A stretch of 63,905 nt of DNA, counting the filler, from Collodictyon triciliatum (lineage: Eukaryota): the NCBI GenBank assembly GCA_043381765.1. It is 4 parts of 4 records of this genome, joined end to end, with 100 filler letters (N's around TTAATTAATTAA, not from the genome) between each part and the next. Parts side by side here need not be neighbours in the genome. Positions count along the whole stretch, not along the records: positions 33,185 to 55,838 come from JBHJMP010001142.1; positions 55,939 to 63,905 come from JBHJMP010001170.1; 2 more parts are not named here. One strand, written 5' to 3'. The stretch's first letter is position 1; each line of letters begins with the position of its first letter. A program made the translations under genes and the position numbers. Below, piece after piece: positions 45,783-59,028 of this stretch. The notes beneath the pieces are model-generated. The model was not told the origin of the DNA. It was given only the letters and a program-made list of their open reading frames with translations, and searched no databases.

Positions 45783-48700
45783 ATGAGTCACGTCTCGGAG
45801 TTGCATCCCGTTCGCTTGGACGACCCGCACGTCTTGCCCGCTGCCAACACGACTCGTGACTCTTGTGCGCTGCCAAGCCTTTCGGATGAGCAGCCTTCTC
45901 CGCCCCCGCCGTTCGAGAGTGTCGCTCGCCAAAGCGTACTCAGGTTTTGCTTTGCTTTTCGATTATCTGGTTTGCATCGATCGGTTCTTTTGTGATTATT
46001 CTGATGGATGGCAAGTGGTAAGCGGTGGATTAGATGCTTGTGGCGACGGCTCTGATGGATGATCTTTCCGTGTGATGGTTGTGATGGTTGTGATGCATAC
46101 ATGCGCACTCATGTAAATCTGCACCAGGTTTCGTGATGCGGCGGTTTCTCTCGAGTACCGCAAAGAAAGGGCGGTGCAATCTTTGTTCCGCATCCGCTCT
46201 GCCTCTCTGGTGTTTGCTCTTGTCGTAGCTATTTGTATAGTCTTTTCCTATATTCATGGGTTCGTGGTCTCCACTAGAATACTATTTTTCTGATTTTTGC
46301 GATCTTAGTTTAAATCAATTTTTCCATATTTTTTTTCCTTTATTCGATTCAAAGAAATCAATTTTTCCATATAATATACTTTATGTGAATGTGTTTTCAA
46401 TTACCTTCGTGTTTGCATGCTAATCACATACTACGATTGAAGGAATATATTCTCGGTAATGGTATGCTCATTGGGCATTTTGTTTTATTTGGCCACGTTC
46501 TTTCTCACTTTCAAAAAAGATTTTGCCTCAAGGTGATCATTTTTCATTTATTAAGCATTTAATAGAATTTTGTTTTATCTGAAAATGATCAGTTGTTTAA
46601 GCATTACATTTGATGTTTTGGTGATATAAACATAAAGGGAATAATTTTCTCATTGCAAGAGTCAAAATACAGACATAAATTCAGACATTTTTATTCAGAA
46701 ATTGGGCAGTTTTGCTTCTTCTTCTCTATCATATAACGGCCATCATAGCAATGGTTTCTCGTTACAACGATAGTGAGCAAAGCACTGCTACATGTGTCAT
46801 CGTTTGTGTCACGGTACCCGTTTAATTAAATCGTGTCAATACTCAAAGCAAAAATGCTTCCCCAGAGAACAATTAACCATTATTTTTCTTTTTACTACTC
46901 ACAGATTATATGAATGGATGTATTCATTTTTTACTTAGCTGATTACTTATATTCAAGGTATTTTTGTCTGTTCTTCGAATCGACTTCTTTTCCATGGCTG
47001 TACATACCATCATTATCTCCTCCTATTTTACTGGATTCTCTCTTACGTACATGGGATTGCAAAAGGCCTTACAAATATCTCTTCCCTTATGGATAACATC
47101 ATATGCACAAATATCTGTGTCCTTTTTTCTAGAGAAATATAATATGAAGTAATTATTTATTTATTTTTGCCGTCTGTATTATTCATGGTATACATATTAC
47201 AGTCTCCCTAGTTATATCTTCATGAATAAATGATAGCTCTAACATCGCATACTTGTTTTCAAATTCTATTTCCAATAGAATGTTCTACACATCAAAGATG
47301 ATAGATTTTTATCAAAAGCTCGAAGATCGGCATCGTTCTTTTTTTATAAAAACCCTCTGCAGACTCTATCCCAGGTAAAAACTAATAGCGGTTGAACTTT
47401 TTTTCGGTCTGAATATTCATTTCTTTTCATGAAAATATTATCACAATGATCTTATGACAGGCAAGTGGCAAATGCGCTCTACAGTTCAAAGTCTATTCAA
47501 GATACCACTTTTATTTGTGAAAGTGCCACAATAATGGTTATTCATTTCCGAAATTTGGGCCATCTATACGCAACGAAAAATCCCGCTTCGGTCCAATTCA
47601 CCTATGCCAGTATAATCAAGTGAGCACTAATTAGTATGCTGATCTAACTTGTGTTTGTTACACACATCGAAAGATAAACACTCACTTCTTGCAAATATCT
47701 ACACACAGCATGATAGAGTCTCACCTTAAACCGTACGCAATTTATTGATTTTATTTTATGAAACTATATTACCTAATTCCGTCCCGATTTTGATGACACC
47801 TTCTTTATGTTTTTTTCCGGAACTCTATATTCTTTTTTATCAAATGGTCGAATTGGTATGATGTAGAGCTTCAATTGATATGGTATATTCTCTTGGTAAG
47901 AGTGTTTAAACATTTTTTTTAAGTGGCATACACATTCCTCTGCTCTTAGGATTAATCATCTAGATGATTTGCATTTAAACCAACCACTTTCATATAACTT
48001 CATTTTAACGCATTTACCTTTTCAATATATACGCACCCATACAAAATAGGGGAGCGAATTTTGGTAAAAATTATTAACATTATTAAAATTGATATGTTTT
48101 CTAAAAATCTTCCGATGAGATGCTGCCAGATGAAAGTTCACTTGTATTTAATTACAGACTGTGTCTGGAATTTCAGATGTCAACCCCAGGAATGCTGCCT
48201 TGAATGTGTGTCATGTAGCCCTTGATATTTTAGCCGAATTGCATAAGAATAAAACATTCCAAGTTGACGGTGTAGTTGTGAGTTTCTTTTCACAAATAAA
48301 TTTTCTGTGACCTGATATGAACCAGGATGTTAGCTTGACACTTGATTTTTTTCTTATGTTTTGTGGTATCTCCAATAAAAGGTCGATGCAATAATTGGTA
48401 TCCATACGGGATTTACCTATGGAGGGATAATTAATTGCGAAAGAAAAGTGTTTTCCGTGTTTGGAGACGGTTGGCTTATCTACTTTCCTCTCTTTTCCAC
48501 TTGTTTTGAATTTCCTCTGTAAAATGATAGTTAAATCATGATGAAGAGTTATTTATTATTTTACCCAAAAAAAAAAGGTACAACTTCCATAAAAAAAAAC
48601 TAATTTGAAATATAAACAGGCCCCAAAGTCGCAAAAAAGAATGCTAAGACATATGACGTAGATAGTTCCATCATCATCTCCCCAGAAACATATTCACTGG

Positions 48701-51700
48701 TCTACGTGAGTTTGGCTTTTATTAGCATTTGCCTGAATATTCTTGGTAAATTTCAACCATTGCCAATTTGAACTAACTTTATGCACTGAAGGATGAATTA
48801 TACTGCATCATTCTAAGGCATACCCATGGGAGATTACTTTATGGAATATCTCCAATGGAAAAGATACCTACATCCATACAATTATTTACTGGATTTTGCA
48901 GTGTTGAGTCAAACTATCCAACCAACCACCCTTCCTTGAACCCTAGCTTTCTAGTTCTTGAAAAATCAGTCATGGGAATGGTAAGCATGTCAACAAAAAA
49001 AAAAGTGTTATGTTTTAGTTTATAAATGTATCCGGATTTTAAGCCTTATGGTGGATTTTTGTCCCCCAAAAAACTTTGTGCGTTTCAATATAATCTAAAT
49101 TACGCTATGTTTTTATAGCATTTACATGAAAAGTTCCGTAAAGTTCACAATGTGTTCGAATATACGGAATCAGAGCTGGGTTTGAATGAAATCCATAAGT
49201 TGACTGCACTGGAAAAGGCGGAGCGACGTTATTTGTCAAGGTGTGTTTCTTTCCATGCTACTTTAGATATATTGAATACATGCAATAAATTTTCTTTTTC
49301 TTTGAAAGGATTGAAGTCAAGATCAATTTTTTTGAATAAATGAAATTATGTCACAGATTTTATTTCACTGGATTCTCCTTATCATGTATTACTTGGGGAA
49401 TAATGGAGGTCATTATGCTATGTGAAAAAGGCGAAATCGAATTCTCAAAATTGGGGTGTGCATCATTTTTGCGAGCTTCTTGTGTCTTACCGATATTCAT
49501 CATGAGTCAGTACACATTCAGTATGCTAAATACATCCAAGCGCTCGTTCAGCACAAAGGAGTTGACATTTCTGGTTTACTGTGCCTTGCATTATGAATGC
49601 TTTATATTCTTAAAGGCTATCATGATTCTCGAGTCACCTTTTGTATGCCAGTTTACCTCAAGAGAACTTAACTTTATTCTGTACGAAGCCCTCGCCTGTC
49701 TCAATATCCTGATTTCGAACCCTTCTGTATGTTTGAAGGTCAAGCGTTTCTTTAATAGTGTCGTATGTACGGCATTCTTTGTAACCACTCTAGTTTACCA
49801 CAAGGAGCTAAAGTAAATAATGATTCCTAAAACGCGAATAGCAGTAATTTTAAACCATACATATGAACATTCTTTGTTTGGATGATAGTTTCTTATATTT
49901 CAATTTGTGTATGATTTTTAAAAATGATAATTATGGTAATATATTTCTATTGATAATTGATTTATTGGAATCACTAGGTACGCCTCTATTGAGATATCTG
50001 CAATATGCTATTTACCTATGATAATCCCAGTATTTTTTGTCAATTGGATACAAAGCAGCATATTCAGCAGAACAGTGAGCACGGAGCTCAAGATTAGCGC
50101 TATGCAAGAAAAGGTGGCTTTTTTTTTTTTGTTTTAGCACTTTACATTACTAGAAAATTTCACTAATACTAGCCATATTTTTTTTAATAGCAAAAATTCT
50201 TATGTTGCTGACATATATAATTTGTAAAACTCTAGGTAATCCTGAACATCACTGAAGAAAAGGACTTTATGAGGTCCTTCCTCAACACACATGATGTTAG
50301 CGGCATAAAAGCATATCAAAAGAAAGCTTTCAAGGAGAACAGATTTGTGTCAAAAGCGATAGTCATTTGTGTCGACATTCAGCGCCTTCACACATGGACA
50401 GCTGATATTATAATTAAAGATAGGCTGGCAATAATTGCAGGCGAGTCTAGTCGTTTATTAAAATGAGATAAGCTAAGGACATTTTTTCCTTTATTCGATT
50501 CAAAATAACGACGGACATCCTATTGCTTTATTTTAAAATATTACAACACGCAGATATATCCAAGCTCCTTCAATGTCTTTCAAAGTCTCTATTATTCCAG
50601 TTGATTGGAACGTTTGGGGACACTTTTCTCGTAATATTTCTGCCTTATGCAAATGTTTTAACCTCTTTTTTTTTGGTTAAATCTTTTTAATTTCTAAAAA
50701 ATAAAATAATATGTTTTGTTCTTTTCCTTATTTTATTTTCTTCCTCCTGTTTCCAATATCATGTTGAATATAAAGCACATCAATCACCTAAAGTCGCATA
50801 ATAAATATGGTATATGCTTTAGATTGCTAGAGAAGTTACCAGCGGACGTGAGAATCATATAATTGATTCCCTTCGATTTACAAGAATCGTATGTAATAAT
50901 CGGGTTCTGTAACTCAAATGGCATTTGTTAATGTGTGAGATATGAATGCAAATACATATAGTATTATGTAAACATTGGCCATTTTCCCCAGCTTCATACT
51001 GCGGTGGGTGAACTGATGCAGTCACACAGAAAAGAGGTTACTCTCTCGATTGGGGTGTCGATGGGGAACTGTTTTGTTGGTGCTGTTGGTAGGTTTTTTT
51101 TTTTTTATGAAAAAAAAAATATGAAGGGAGGGTAATTCTCAGGTGGGCGGTATTACTCGGTATTGCTCAAATTATCTGAGCGTGGCCAATGAGGCAAGAA
51201 GAGCAAAACAGGCACACAAAATACAAAAGACTATGGGGAGTGATAATATGAAAAACATCAAAAGTAAAGCCCACTTTTGTATAGGACGACATCGAGTCTT
51301 TCGTGGGGCCTGGGGCATGGCTGGTATTTTACCTTGAAAAATATTTCCTTATTTATAATTTACCACGAGAATTGTGCTGCTTATACCAAAGTGGTCTATT
51401 CGTTCGTTTAAATAGTGGTGGTTAAGTGTATTGCACAAACTTTTTTTTTTTGAAAAATAATAATGGATATCAGTTTGTGAAGCTTGGAAACTTCAGCAAA
51501 ATGCGAAATCAGGACAAACTAATGTATGAATTCTTTTCAAAAAAAAAAGCGGCATGTGTTCTTGGAGATTTAGTTTTTATTATTTTTTTTTCATTTTTTT
51601 TGACGATTTTATCCCATAGGTAAGTGAGAGCATTCGCTATTTCATCAGAGACAGCCCAGAGTTTCCTTTGGAACCAAATTACGACCGCAAAGGGCAGCAT

Positions 51701-51778
51701 GCGTACATATTGAGTGATGTCCTTGACCCTCTGGCTTTGTTTATCCGTGAATCAGAATGGCTTGAAGACGACGAGTAG
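45783..51778 (+). CDS. Membrane class III nucleotidyl cyclase-like protein (TM block-C1-TM block-C2), degenerate active site
   Basis: Hand-spliced exons. C1: LYPRQVANAL..SATIMVIHFRNL..VYSLGERILTVSGIS..VCHVALDIL..IGIHTGFTYGGII..VFGDGPKVAKK..IIISPETYSL. C2: AIVICVDIQRL..IGTFGDTFL..SIGVSMGNCFVGAVG..AWGMAVCEAWKLQ..VSESI. Two hydrophobic blocks. Some exon limits are approximate. Confidence 0.8.
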
Positions 51779-51789
51779 TTTTTGAAGCA

Positions 51790-52167
51790 TCACGATATAT
51801 CTGCCCATATACATGCACATTTGATTACTTTTTCTTTTCTCAAAATGAGCAAGTATCTTTGTCCAAAGCGCTCTATTTTCCCATCTTTATTTAATTCTTC
51901 CATGATTTGGTCGTACTGGTACTTGAGATGCATGATGATAAACTGGTAAACAACATGCCTTTCAAAGTCTTCAACACCTTTCATTACTGTTGTTTTGTAT
52001 ATATATTTATAGAAAGAGGGACAATGAACTTTATTTTGATATGTCCGCCATGCATTGTCGGATAGAAATATATTGGTTTTATTCTTAGAAAGATAAACAA
52101 TTGAAGGACGAGCGTGAGTGAAAAGTATAGGCTGCACAGAGGAGGGAAGAGAATTCGAGAGTTGCAT
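51790..52167 (-). CDS. Possible small hypothetical protein (~125 aa)
   Basis: Open frame with a protein-like C-terminal half (VMKGVEDFERHVVYQFIIMHLKYQYDQIMEELNKDGKIERFGQRYLLIL). No family recognised. Confidence 0.3.
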   Translation of the reverse strand: MQLSNSLPSSVQPILFTHARPSIVYLSKNKTNIFLSDNAWRTYQNKVHCPSFYKYIYKTTVMKGVEDFERHVVYQFIIMHLKYQYDQIMEELNKDGKIERFGQRYLLILRKEKVIKCACIWADIS

Positions 52168-52434
52168 ATTTGAGCAAAGTGGCAGCAAGAAAAGCTGGCT
52201 GGAAAAAAAAGTAAAGGATACGGATGCTCGTAAAACATCCAAAACAAGGCGTTCATATATCAAGAAAAAAAATGAAAACGAAAACGAAAAAGGGAAACGA
52301 ATGGAAATGAATGAAGGAGAAATGTAAATTAAGCTGGGATAGTAGGAAAAAAGAAAACAAAATGGACATTCGCGCATTTCAATTTGGCAGAGTTTGGTTG
52401 GATAAGAAAGGGAAGGGGTGTTCAAGGAGACTGG

Positions 52435-54187
52435 CTACACTTCGTACATTGATTTCACCAACCAGCTGAGCCCCCATTTCAGGGATGCGACGGTCTCGAC
52501 TTGGTCGTTGAATGTGTACAATCTCCATGTGTGGTTATAAGAGTACAAGCCCAATTCCTTTGATACCTGGGAAGAAACAGACAGGGAAGGGGATTTGTGT
52601 GTGAGTGAATCAAAGAACGCTCATATGTCGAGAATATGCAAAGGTCATGAAAAGGGAATACATCGATAGATAGATATCTTGCTTTTGAAAGAAAGAAGAT
52701 GGAGTAGTGATGAACGAATAGGACGTGGGTTATTATCTTTTTCTTCTTCTTTTGATAAAGGTATATAGAAAGGAAAACCTTTGGAGCGGTCATTTTTTGA
52801 TCTGCTGTCTTTGCTATGTGCAAAATTGGCGTATTTTTCCTAACGCAATCATAAACTGCATCCAGCTCACTGTGAAATGCACCCATAGTACTCTGGTCAC
52901 AGTCAAGCACGATGATTAGCCCATTCGCGCTGCTGAAGAACTCGCCCCATAGCTGAACGTTCTGTGAAAGCAAAGAGGGGTTCAGTTTGTTCCTCTACTT
53001 GGTGCTTATTTCTAAGCCTGTGCTTTGTCGTCGCGATGGAAAGGAAACGGTATATAATACAAGTTCTTTTTTTCTTTTCTATCTAGCAACATGCCACAAT
53101 GGACAGAACACAGCTTTGGCGAAATATGCGTATATTTGGTGGTAAATTACTGATTCATAAACGATTTAAGAGGGGAAAATGAGGGAACTTGACTCTTCTT
53201 GCACCAATTGAAATAATTAAAATGATAAAGGAAAAGAGAAAATGAGGTGGGCGTCACATATAACAATAAGGAAGAAAAAAGAGGAAAACTGAAGAAGAAA
53301 AACAGAACAGAACAGAACAGAACAGAACAAAAAGAGCATAATAGAAATACAAAAACAAATACAAAAACAAATACAAAAACAAATACAAATAAAGAGCTTA
53401 CCTGTCTGATGGACTGGAGAGAATGGACAGAAATCAACGAGAATTCTCTTTCATTCAGCTGAAACTTTATGCCAGACCCAACTCCGGACTCGTAGCCAGG
53501 CTCCAATCCTATGAATCACCGGAGCCAAGGGAGAGGCAAAGGCAAATCAGCCACCGAGCAGATACACAGACTTGCATGCATACATAACTGGAAAAAAAGA
53601 AAAAAGAAAAGAAACAGAGAGCACCAACCCAGCATCTTGAGCGGGGTGTGCGGATCCCACATGAGCTGGTAGACAAGCTTGGACTTTGACATGCCGACCA
53701 TGAGCACACGCTTGCGCTCGGGCGGGGAGGAGGAAGAAGAAGAGCGCCACCACTGCGGGAGACGGCGGGTGATGTGGTCCCACCAATTGCGGCGTTGGTG
53801 CGTCTGCAGCTGCAGCTGTATCTGCATCTGCGGCTGCATCTGCGGCTCAGCAGCGCCGGACGCAGCGGACTCTCTGCCCCTCTCCAGGGATGCGCGCGTC
53901 TGGCGCACACAGACGAGGCGGGCGGACGGCACAGACGGCACAGACGGCACAGACGAGGCGGACGGGGCGGACGGGGCGGGCGGGTCGGCGAGTGTCGGGC
54001 GGCGCAGACCCACGGCCACGCTCCACGTCTGATCGCCGCGCTCGAGCAGCAGGCGCCACAGGAGCTCGTCCTCGCACACGCGCTGCAGCCGGCGGCACAC
54101 CAGCGAGCACGCCACAAGGTCCAGCGTGTCCAGCGACGCAAGCACCTGCAGCAGCACCTCCTCCGGGAGCTCCGTCAGCGTCGTCAT
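52435..54187 (-). CDS. FBXO4: F-box protein with degenerate small-GTPase-like C-terminal domain (FBXO4-like)
   Basis: F-box LTELPEEVLLQVLASLDTLDLVACSLVCRRL..DELLWR. Four exons give GLEPGYESGVGSGIKFQLNEREFSLI..GLIIVLD..PILHIA..ELGL...NHTWRL..LKWGLSWLV, resembling my recollection of FBXO4 (GIGSGVNFQLN..NHPW..GIEWI). Confidence 0.8.
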
Positions 54188-55738
54188 TCCGCGTCCTCTT
54201 TGTCTGTCGGTAAGCCCTTCGATCAGTCCCCCTCCTCTTTCGTTTCTCTCTCCCGTCCTGCCTGTCTCTTGCTGTTGCTCGTGTGCCGCTGCCTTTTGAC
54301 GGGCGCGGTTCGCTGGCGTGGACTTCGCCGAAATAGACACTCAGTTCCAGAGTAGGTGGTATGCGGTCAGGCAGGGTGGAGAGCCCTTGGGTGGATGGAT
54401 AGGATACAGGGTTTATGATGGGTGTGGTATGGTACAGCAGGATGGGCGCATGGGGTGAGCCGTGCTAGGCTACATAGGCAAACGGCAGAGGCGGAAGGAC
54501 GGTGCGTCTGCAGTGAGATACAACGGCGCTGTCCAGGCGGTCGAAGTCGAAGTCGCTGTCGTTGTCGCTGTCGTTGTCGATATCTGAGAGGGGCCGCAGG
54601 AGAGAGACGGGCGGGCGGAAGCGACTCTTGAGCGAGGGCAGCGGCTGCATGGCGATTGGTGCCGTTCTTTGTGTTTGCATCTGTGTCTGTGTCTGTGTCT
54701 GTGTCTGTGTCTGCAGCTGTGTCTGTGTCGGGGTCTGTGTCTTGGGCTGCCCGCAAAGGGAGGGTGGGCCTGGGCGGGTGCGCAGCAGAGGGGCGTTTGG
54801 GGCCACCAACGCAGGCAGTGCGCTTGTGTTCTCTTCAGCCCACGATGCTTTGCGTCCTGCTGTCGCTGGCTGTCGGGTCTGGCTCGGTGTGTTTGGGCGT
54901 GATGTGTTGCGTGTGCTGTGTGGCGACATCTCTTCCTTGCTTGCTTGCTTGCTTGCTTACTTGGGTTTGTTTTGCTTGTGTTGACTGTGATGTTTGTGGG
55001 TTTTCAGAAGAAGGCCAGAAGCAACTGGGAGGAATCCCGACGGAATCACTTGTATTTTATATACGCCCTATTGTTGTTTGCTCGCTGCAGGCTTCATTTG
55101 GGCAAATCTGTCCTCGCTGTCTTCTTGCTTAATCAGTGCATCCGCCTATTCCCTCGGAATTCTTTTGTTCTTTGGGATTTCTGTTGCTTGTCCGTCCACT
55201 TTGCCTAATTCTTTAGCTTCCATTGTGGGAAAAATCTGAAATTAACCAGAATCGACCGCAAGACCCCAACTCCAACTAAGGCGACGAACTTTCTCGATTA
55301 TCCGTTTATGCAACAAAGTCACCAAAATGGCCAAAATCCGGTGCGCTCTATTTTCTGTCTTTTTCCACATCGAGACGCTAGTAGCACATTAGGAAAACTA
55401 TTAAATCTTCCAACTGCGAAAGTTATCCACACTTGGAATGTCCTCCTGGACTACACCGGTACCAGGCTTTATGTAATGGTTGAGAATGGGTCGTTATGTA
55501 AGCAGGAGTATCATTATGAAATTTACTTCACAATAAGAATTAAATTATTAATAAATTTTCCGCATTTGAACAATCAATATCCACATTTGTATAAAGTCGG
55601 CATTAGAGGGAATAAAGAGGTTTCCTGAGCGCCTTTATTTCCGGTTTGGGAATCCTCCAGAAGATTTTTTTGGTCCAAAAATGTGATTGATGACAAAGCG
55701 AATCTCGGAAACAATCCACTCGATCTAGTTCCACAAAT

Positions 55739-55838
55739 CCAAAGAACAAAGAACAAAGAACAAAGAACAAAGAACAAAGAACAAAGAACAAAGAACAAAG
55801 AACAAAGAACAAAGAACAAAGAACAAAGAACAAAGAAC
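55739..55838. repeat. 7-nt repeat (CAAAGAA)n at contig end
   Basis: Directly visible. Confidence 0.95.
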
Positions 55839-55938
55839 NNNNNNNNNNNNNNNNNNNNNNNNNNNNNNNNNNNNNNNNNNNNTTAATTAATTAANNNNNN
55901 NNNNNNNNNNNNNNNNNNNNNNNNNNNNNNNNNNNNNN
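55839..55938. other. Artificial contig spacer
   Basis: N44-TTAATTAATTAA-N44. Confidence 0.98.
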
Positions 55939-56057
55939 TTGTGTTTTTTTGGTTTGGAAGATAAAAATATGATAGGGCTTTGTCGTTTTTTTCACAAGGT
56001 TTTTTTTTTTTTTTTTTTTTTTTGCCAGAGTGTAAATTTTTATGTCAATTACTATAG

Positions 56058-56453
56058 GAATCAATGCATTTTATGTATTGGTTGATCTCTTCTGCAATCG
56101 CCTCAAGTTCAACAAATATCACTTTTGTTTTTTCCTCCCGTATCTTCTTCTATATCTGGTTTTCATGTGGATTTACTATGGGGCTAGTGGAGAGTAAGTG
56201 ACTTCTTCGTATAGATTTATTATGGTAACATTCTAGGTATGGCATAATTTCTCACTACTTCCGTATCAGTTGGGTTTATAGCGTTTTGGACTTTACAGAC
56301 ACAGCTGCCGCTCTATGGTACCCGGCCTCATTGATTGTCTTTGTTTTGGCCTTTGGGCTGCTGGGGCTTCTGATTCATTTGCGCCAGAAATTGATCATGA
56401 GGTTAAATCCTCTCCAGCAAGGTGAACCTTTATTTGAAAGGACCGTTGTTTAA
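56058..56453 (+). CDS. Rolling stone / FAR-17a-AIG1-like membrane protein, copy 1 (last two exons only; 5' end cut by contig break)
   Basis: GINAFYVLVDLFCNRLKFNKYH..YLVFMWIYYGASG.WVYSVLDF, with the same intron positions as copies 2 and 3. Confidence 0.8.
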
Positions 56454-57735
56454 TTCGAACAATCAGGATGAAAATTGTGAGACGCATAAAAACACAAGTT
56501 GCAAACAAGCATCATGACTTTATTCACCGTTCGCACCTACCCATTCACTGTCCTCGAATAAATTATATCCGCTGGTATAAGAACGGAATCAAAAATTCTG
56601 CTCATGTTTTATTTGTAGTCGGAACTATGTGAGAGAGCGAGTTAGTGAGACTGAGAAACTGAGGGAGTAGACTGGGAAGTCTATTTTCGGATACTTTTTT
56701 GTAATTCTTGCAGTAGATTGCGATTCAAGTATATATGATTTGATTTTTTTTATTTGTTTTATTTTGATTATATCTATTGCCTTGACAGTCGAAGGTTTGT
56801 ACGAATGGCTAATACATATTTGAAGAAAGCGCTCTTGTTATTTTTCTTTCCAAATTAAAAAAATAGCAAACATTATTTTCCCTACAATCAACCGAGGTAA
56901 ATGAATGAATAACGTGATTGCTCGACGTCAGAATCTTACAGACATTATTCCATGAGTTGCATACAAACAGTAAACAGACAACTAAAATTATCAGGGGATG
57001 CCAGCGCACTTGAACAAACAGTGCTTATTTTTCACGTCAGACCCACTCCAGAAATTACTTCTTTTTTTTTTCCTTTATTCGAACACTCCAGAAATTACTT
57101 TATCACGCCGCACTCCCAGAATCTTTCATAACGCCCTATTACAAAAGGTATTGATAACAGCCAGCAATTATTCCCACAACAAAGCAAAAAGCTTCAATTA
57201 TTTGTGGAAATTAATATATTTGAATTTTTAGAGCCATTTATATCAGATTAAATCATCATTATACAACACACGTATTTTTTACATTAATTTTTGTCAACAT
57301 CTGAATTTCTGGAGAGTTTACTTGCAGCCTCCACATTTGGTGCTGTCAATCTAAACCTTTTGTCAGCACACAACTTGAAAACTCATTTGGGAAGCTGGTA
57401 TATCCCTTTGATTGGGAAATCTATAAATTCAAACTACTCCCTAACGTGGAATACTGTATTGTAACCGAAAAGTCGAAAAGAAACTCCAACCAGGAATATA
57501 AAATACAGTTTTTCAAGCTTGAAAATATCGACCAAATCACCTCCGAGTGATTCTTTGCAAGGTGTCGCACAAGTGATAATCAACTGTGTTCACCGATTCG
57601 AACGGATGTCTCGCGGTTGAATTGCTAGGCAGCAAAATGGCTGCAGGTTGCGCGGTTCTGGTAAATGTAACCCGGCGCCGTCCTCTTTGAAGAATGGAGT
57701 AAAGGTGTACCTATATCTTCTAGGCAACATACAGG

Positions 57736-59028
57736 ATGGGGGTTTTGACCAAAGAAAGAATATTCACGCTTCTGGAGGCGGACACAACCAGCGCCGAGAT
57801 GATAGTGCAGAGCCGCAGTTTAGACATGCAAAAGTTTGCAGTCGTTCGCCTAGCTATTTCGATCTATTGCTGGGTTATTCTGATTGCTCACCTGGCGTAT
57901 TTTTACCTTGACGGCATCTTTTTCACATTTTTCACTCACTGGAGCTTCATCCTTCTGACTGCATACTTCACAGTGAGTTTTACTTATCGAAATACATTCT
58001 TTGATCAATTTACATAGGTTAAACAAACATGACATTTCCCAAACAGCTAATCAAACTAATCAGATTGCAACGTTCCTTACTTGGAGATACATACTCACGG
58101 GCCCAGGCTATGCTGAAAAGTCTTACATTTTACGATGCAAGTTTCGTCGACTGGGCTTCTGGATTTCTTTTGAGGTCTTATTCTTGTCAAATATGTTCCT
58201 GCTAATATAATGAGCGAGTACTTTTTATTTTAATTTATCTCTATGATATCTTTTTATTCTAGGCATATAGAATAAAAAGATATCACTTTATTTCATCCTC
58301 GAATTAATTGCCCTTAACCACATCATTTATGTTCCTTTACTGAACCATTAATAGGTTATCTCCGCTGCGTCCTTTGGTCTTGATTTGATTTATTGGGTCT
58401 CCATCTTTAATGGAACAGGAAACAACTGGACAAACGTACATGTGCACGGTATTTCAATCAATATATCGAATGAAATTATAAATAACCTATTATCGTTCTC
58501 GCTAATCTTCAAACTGTTAGCAAAAACAAAAATTAGCAAAAGATATAAATAACAAAAATGATAATAATCTGACTTTTTTAAATAAACCAACGTACAAACA
58601 GCTATAAATTCTTTGTATATAATGGTCGAGATTTACTACAACCAACTCAAGTTCAACAAATATCACATCGTGTTTATGTTGGCATATAATACGACATATC
58701 TTATCTTCATGTGGATTTACTATGGTGCCAGCGACAAGTTTGTTTCAAATATCCCTCTTGACTCATACATTTCCTACTGACATAAAAAAATTCCAACTTA
58801 CATCTATTTGTTGTATGATTTGCGTGAAGATTTGACTTCTGCGTACACGCGTTTACATGCCTTTCTTCTCTTAGTTGGGTCTATCCGATATTTGACTTTG
58901 AAAACTCTGGGGCACCCATATCATATGTTAGCTCGCTCATTATATTCATCCTTTCTTTTGGTTTTTATGGAATGCTCATCCGCTTGCGTGGGAAGGTTTC
59001 TAATCACGTCACATCATTCCAATCATAA
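57736..59028 (+). CDS. Rolling stone / FAR-17a-AIG1-like membrane protein, copy 2
   Basis: Five exons: FFTFFTHWSF, LDLIYWVSI, NVHVHAINS, YLIFMWIYY..WVYPIFDF. Multipass hydrophobic pattern. Confidence 0.85.

Noticed and set aside
54190-55240. Several 100-190 aa ORFs upstream of the F-box gene
   Set aside because: GC-rich low-complexity microsatellite sequence (TQTQ/DTDT/CVCV translations), probably UTR or promoter.
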